From positions 186,001-250,000 of the forward strand of contig NW_024704805.1 in NCBI RefSeq assembly GCF_018977255.1: a stretch of 64,000 bases of DNA, given 5' to 3'. The position numbers were made by a program, and so were the translations under genes. This DNA is from Callorhinchus milii (Eukaryota). Positions 63,561-64,000 of the stretch are shown in pieces (position 1 is the stretch's first letter; the number at the start of each line of letters is the position of its first letter). Below the pieces are notes generated by a model. That model was not told the origin of the DNA. It searched no databases and saw only the letters and a list, made by a program, of their open reading frames with translations.

Positions 63561-64000
63561 CTTGCATTTGTTACAGCGTCTTTTCACGTCTTTGAGAAGT
63601 CTCAACGCGTTTCACTTGATCCACTGTGAAGTAAGTTAACTGTATATTTAGTGGTGTTGGGGACGGAAATATAATAATAATAATAATCCTTGCATTTGAA
63701 ACAGCGCCATATCTCGACTTTAAGGTTTATTCATAAGATACACTTTAAAGTAACTTTACTGCATATGTTGTTTGTCAAATGCCTGGCAATAGATTGTGGG
63801 AATCGTGTCAGGCCTCTTGGGCGGTCTCTCGCCCACTTCCTGAACGATGCCGTTCCGCAGTATTCCAAGGAATTGCTCATGAGTACACAGTCACATGAGA
63901 AGCACAGGACAGGACATACCAGTCACAGGAGGCAGGGAATCCTATCTCAAAACTACTGTTCTCCCTGCAAGCGAAAGATCTAATGGGTAGGATATTCATA

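Overview
Vertebrate genomic DNA, most likely a cartilaginous fish (inferred from the SINE/L2/CR1 repertoire, the GPR139-like receptor family and the V sequences; a holocephalan such as Callorhinchus is a guess). The window is part of a T-cell receptor alpha/delta-type V-segment array. All V segments lie on the + strand with the RSS at their right-hand end. Three have open frames, leaders and 23-RSS (1469-2322, 56284-56778, 58449-59115) and four are pseudogenes or remnants (~99, ~3230, ~53942, ~60730). I found no D, J or convincing C exon. Two non-TCR genes sit inside the array. The first is a minus-strand, multi-exon group-B SRCR membrane receptor of the CD163/WC1/SCART family (~13892-35718): leader, 33-nt exon, 8 SRCR exons (one internally deleted, one with two stops), stalk, TM and four Tyr-motif cytoplasmic exons. 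Skipping the dead exon gives a continuous 953-aa frame. The second is an intact two-exon GPR139/GPR142-like class A GPCR (46888-48816). The remainder is tRNA-headed SINEs, L2/CR1 fragments, mini- and microsatellites, old inverted paralogous blocks flanking the SRCR gene, and three co-oriented CTCF-consensus motifs. Assembly gaps are at 26281-26433, 50314-50445 and 51629-51658. All exon models were read by eye and are not database- or RNA-validated.
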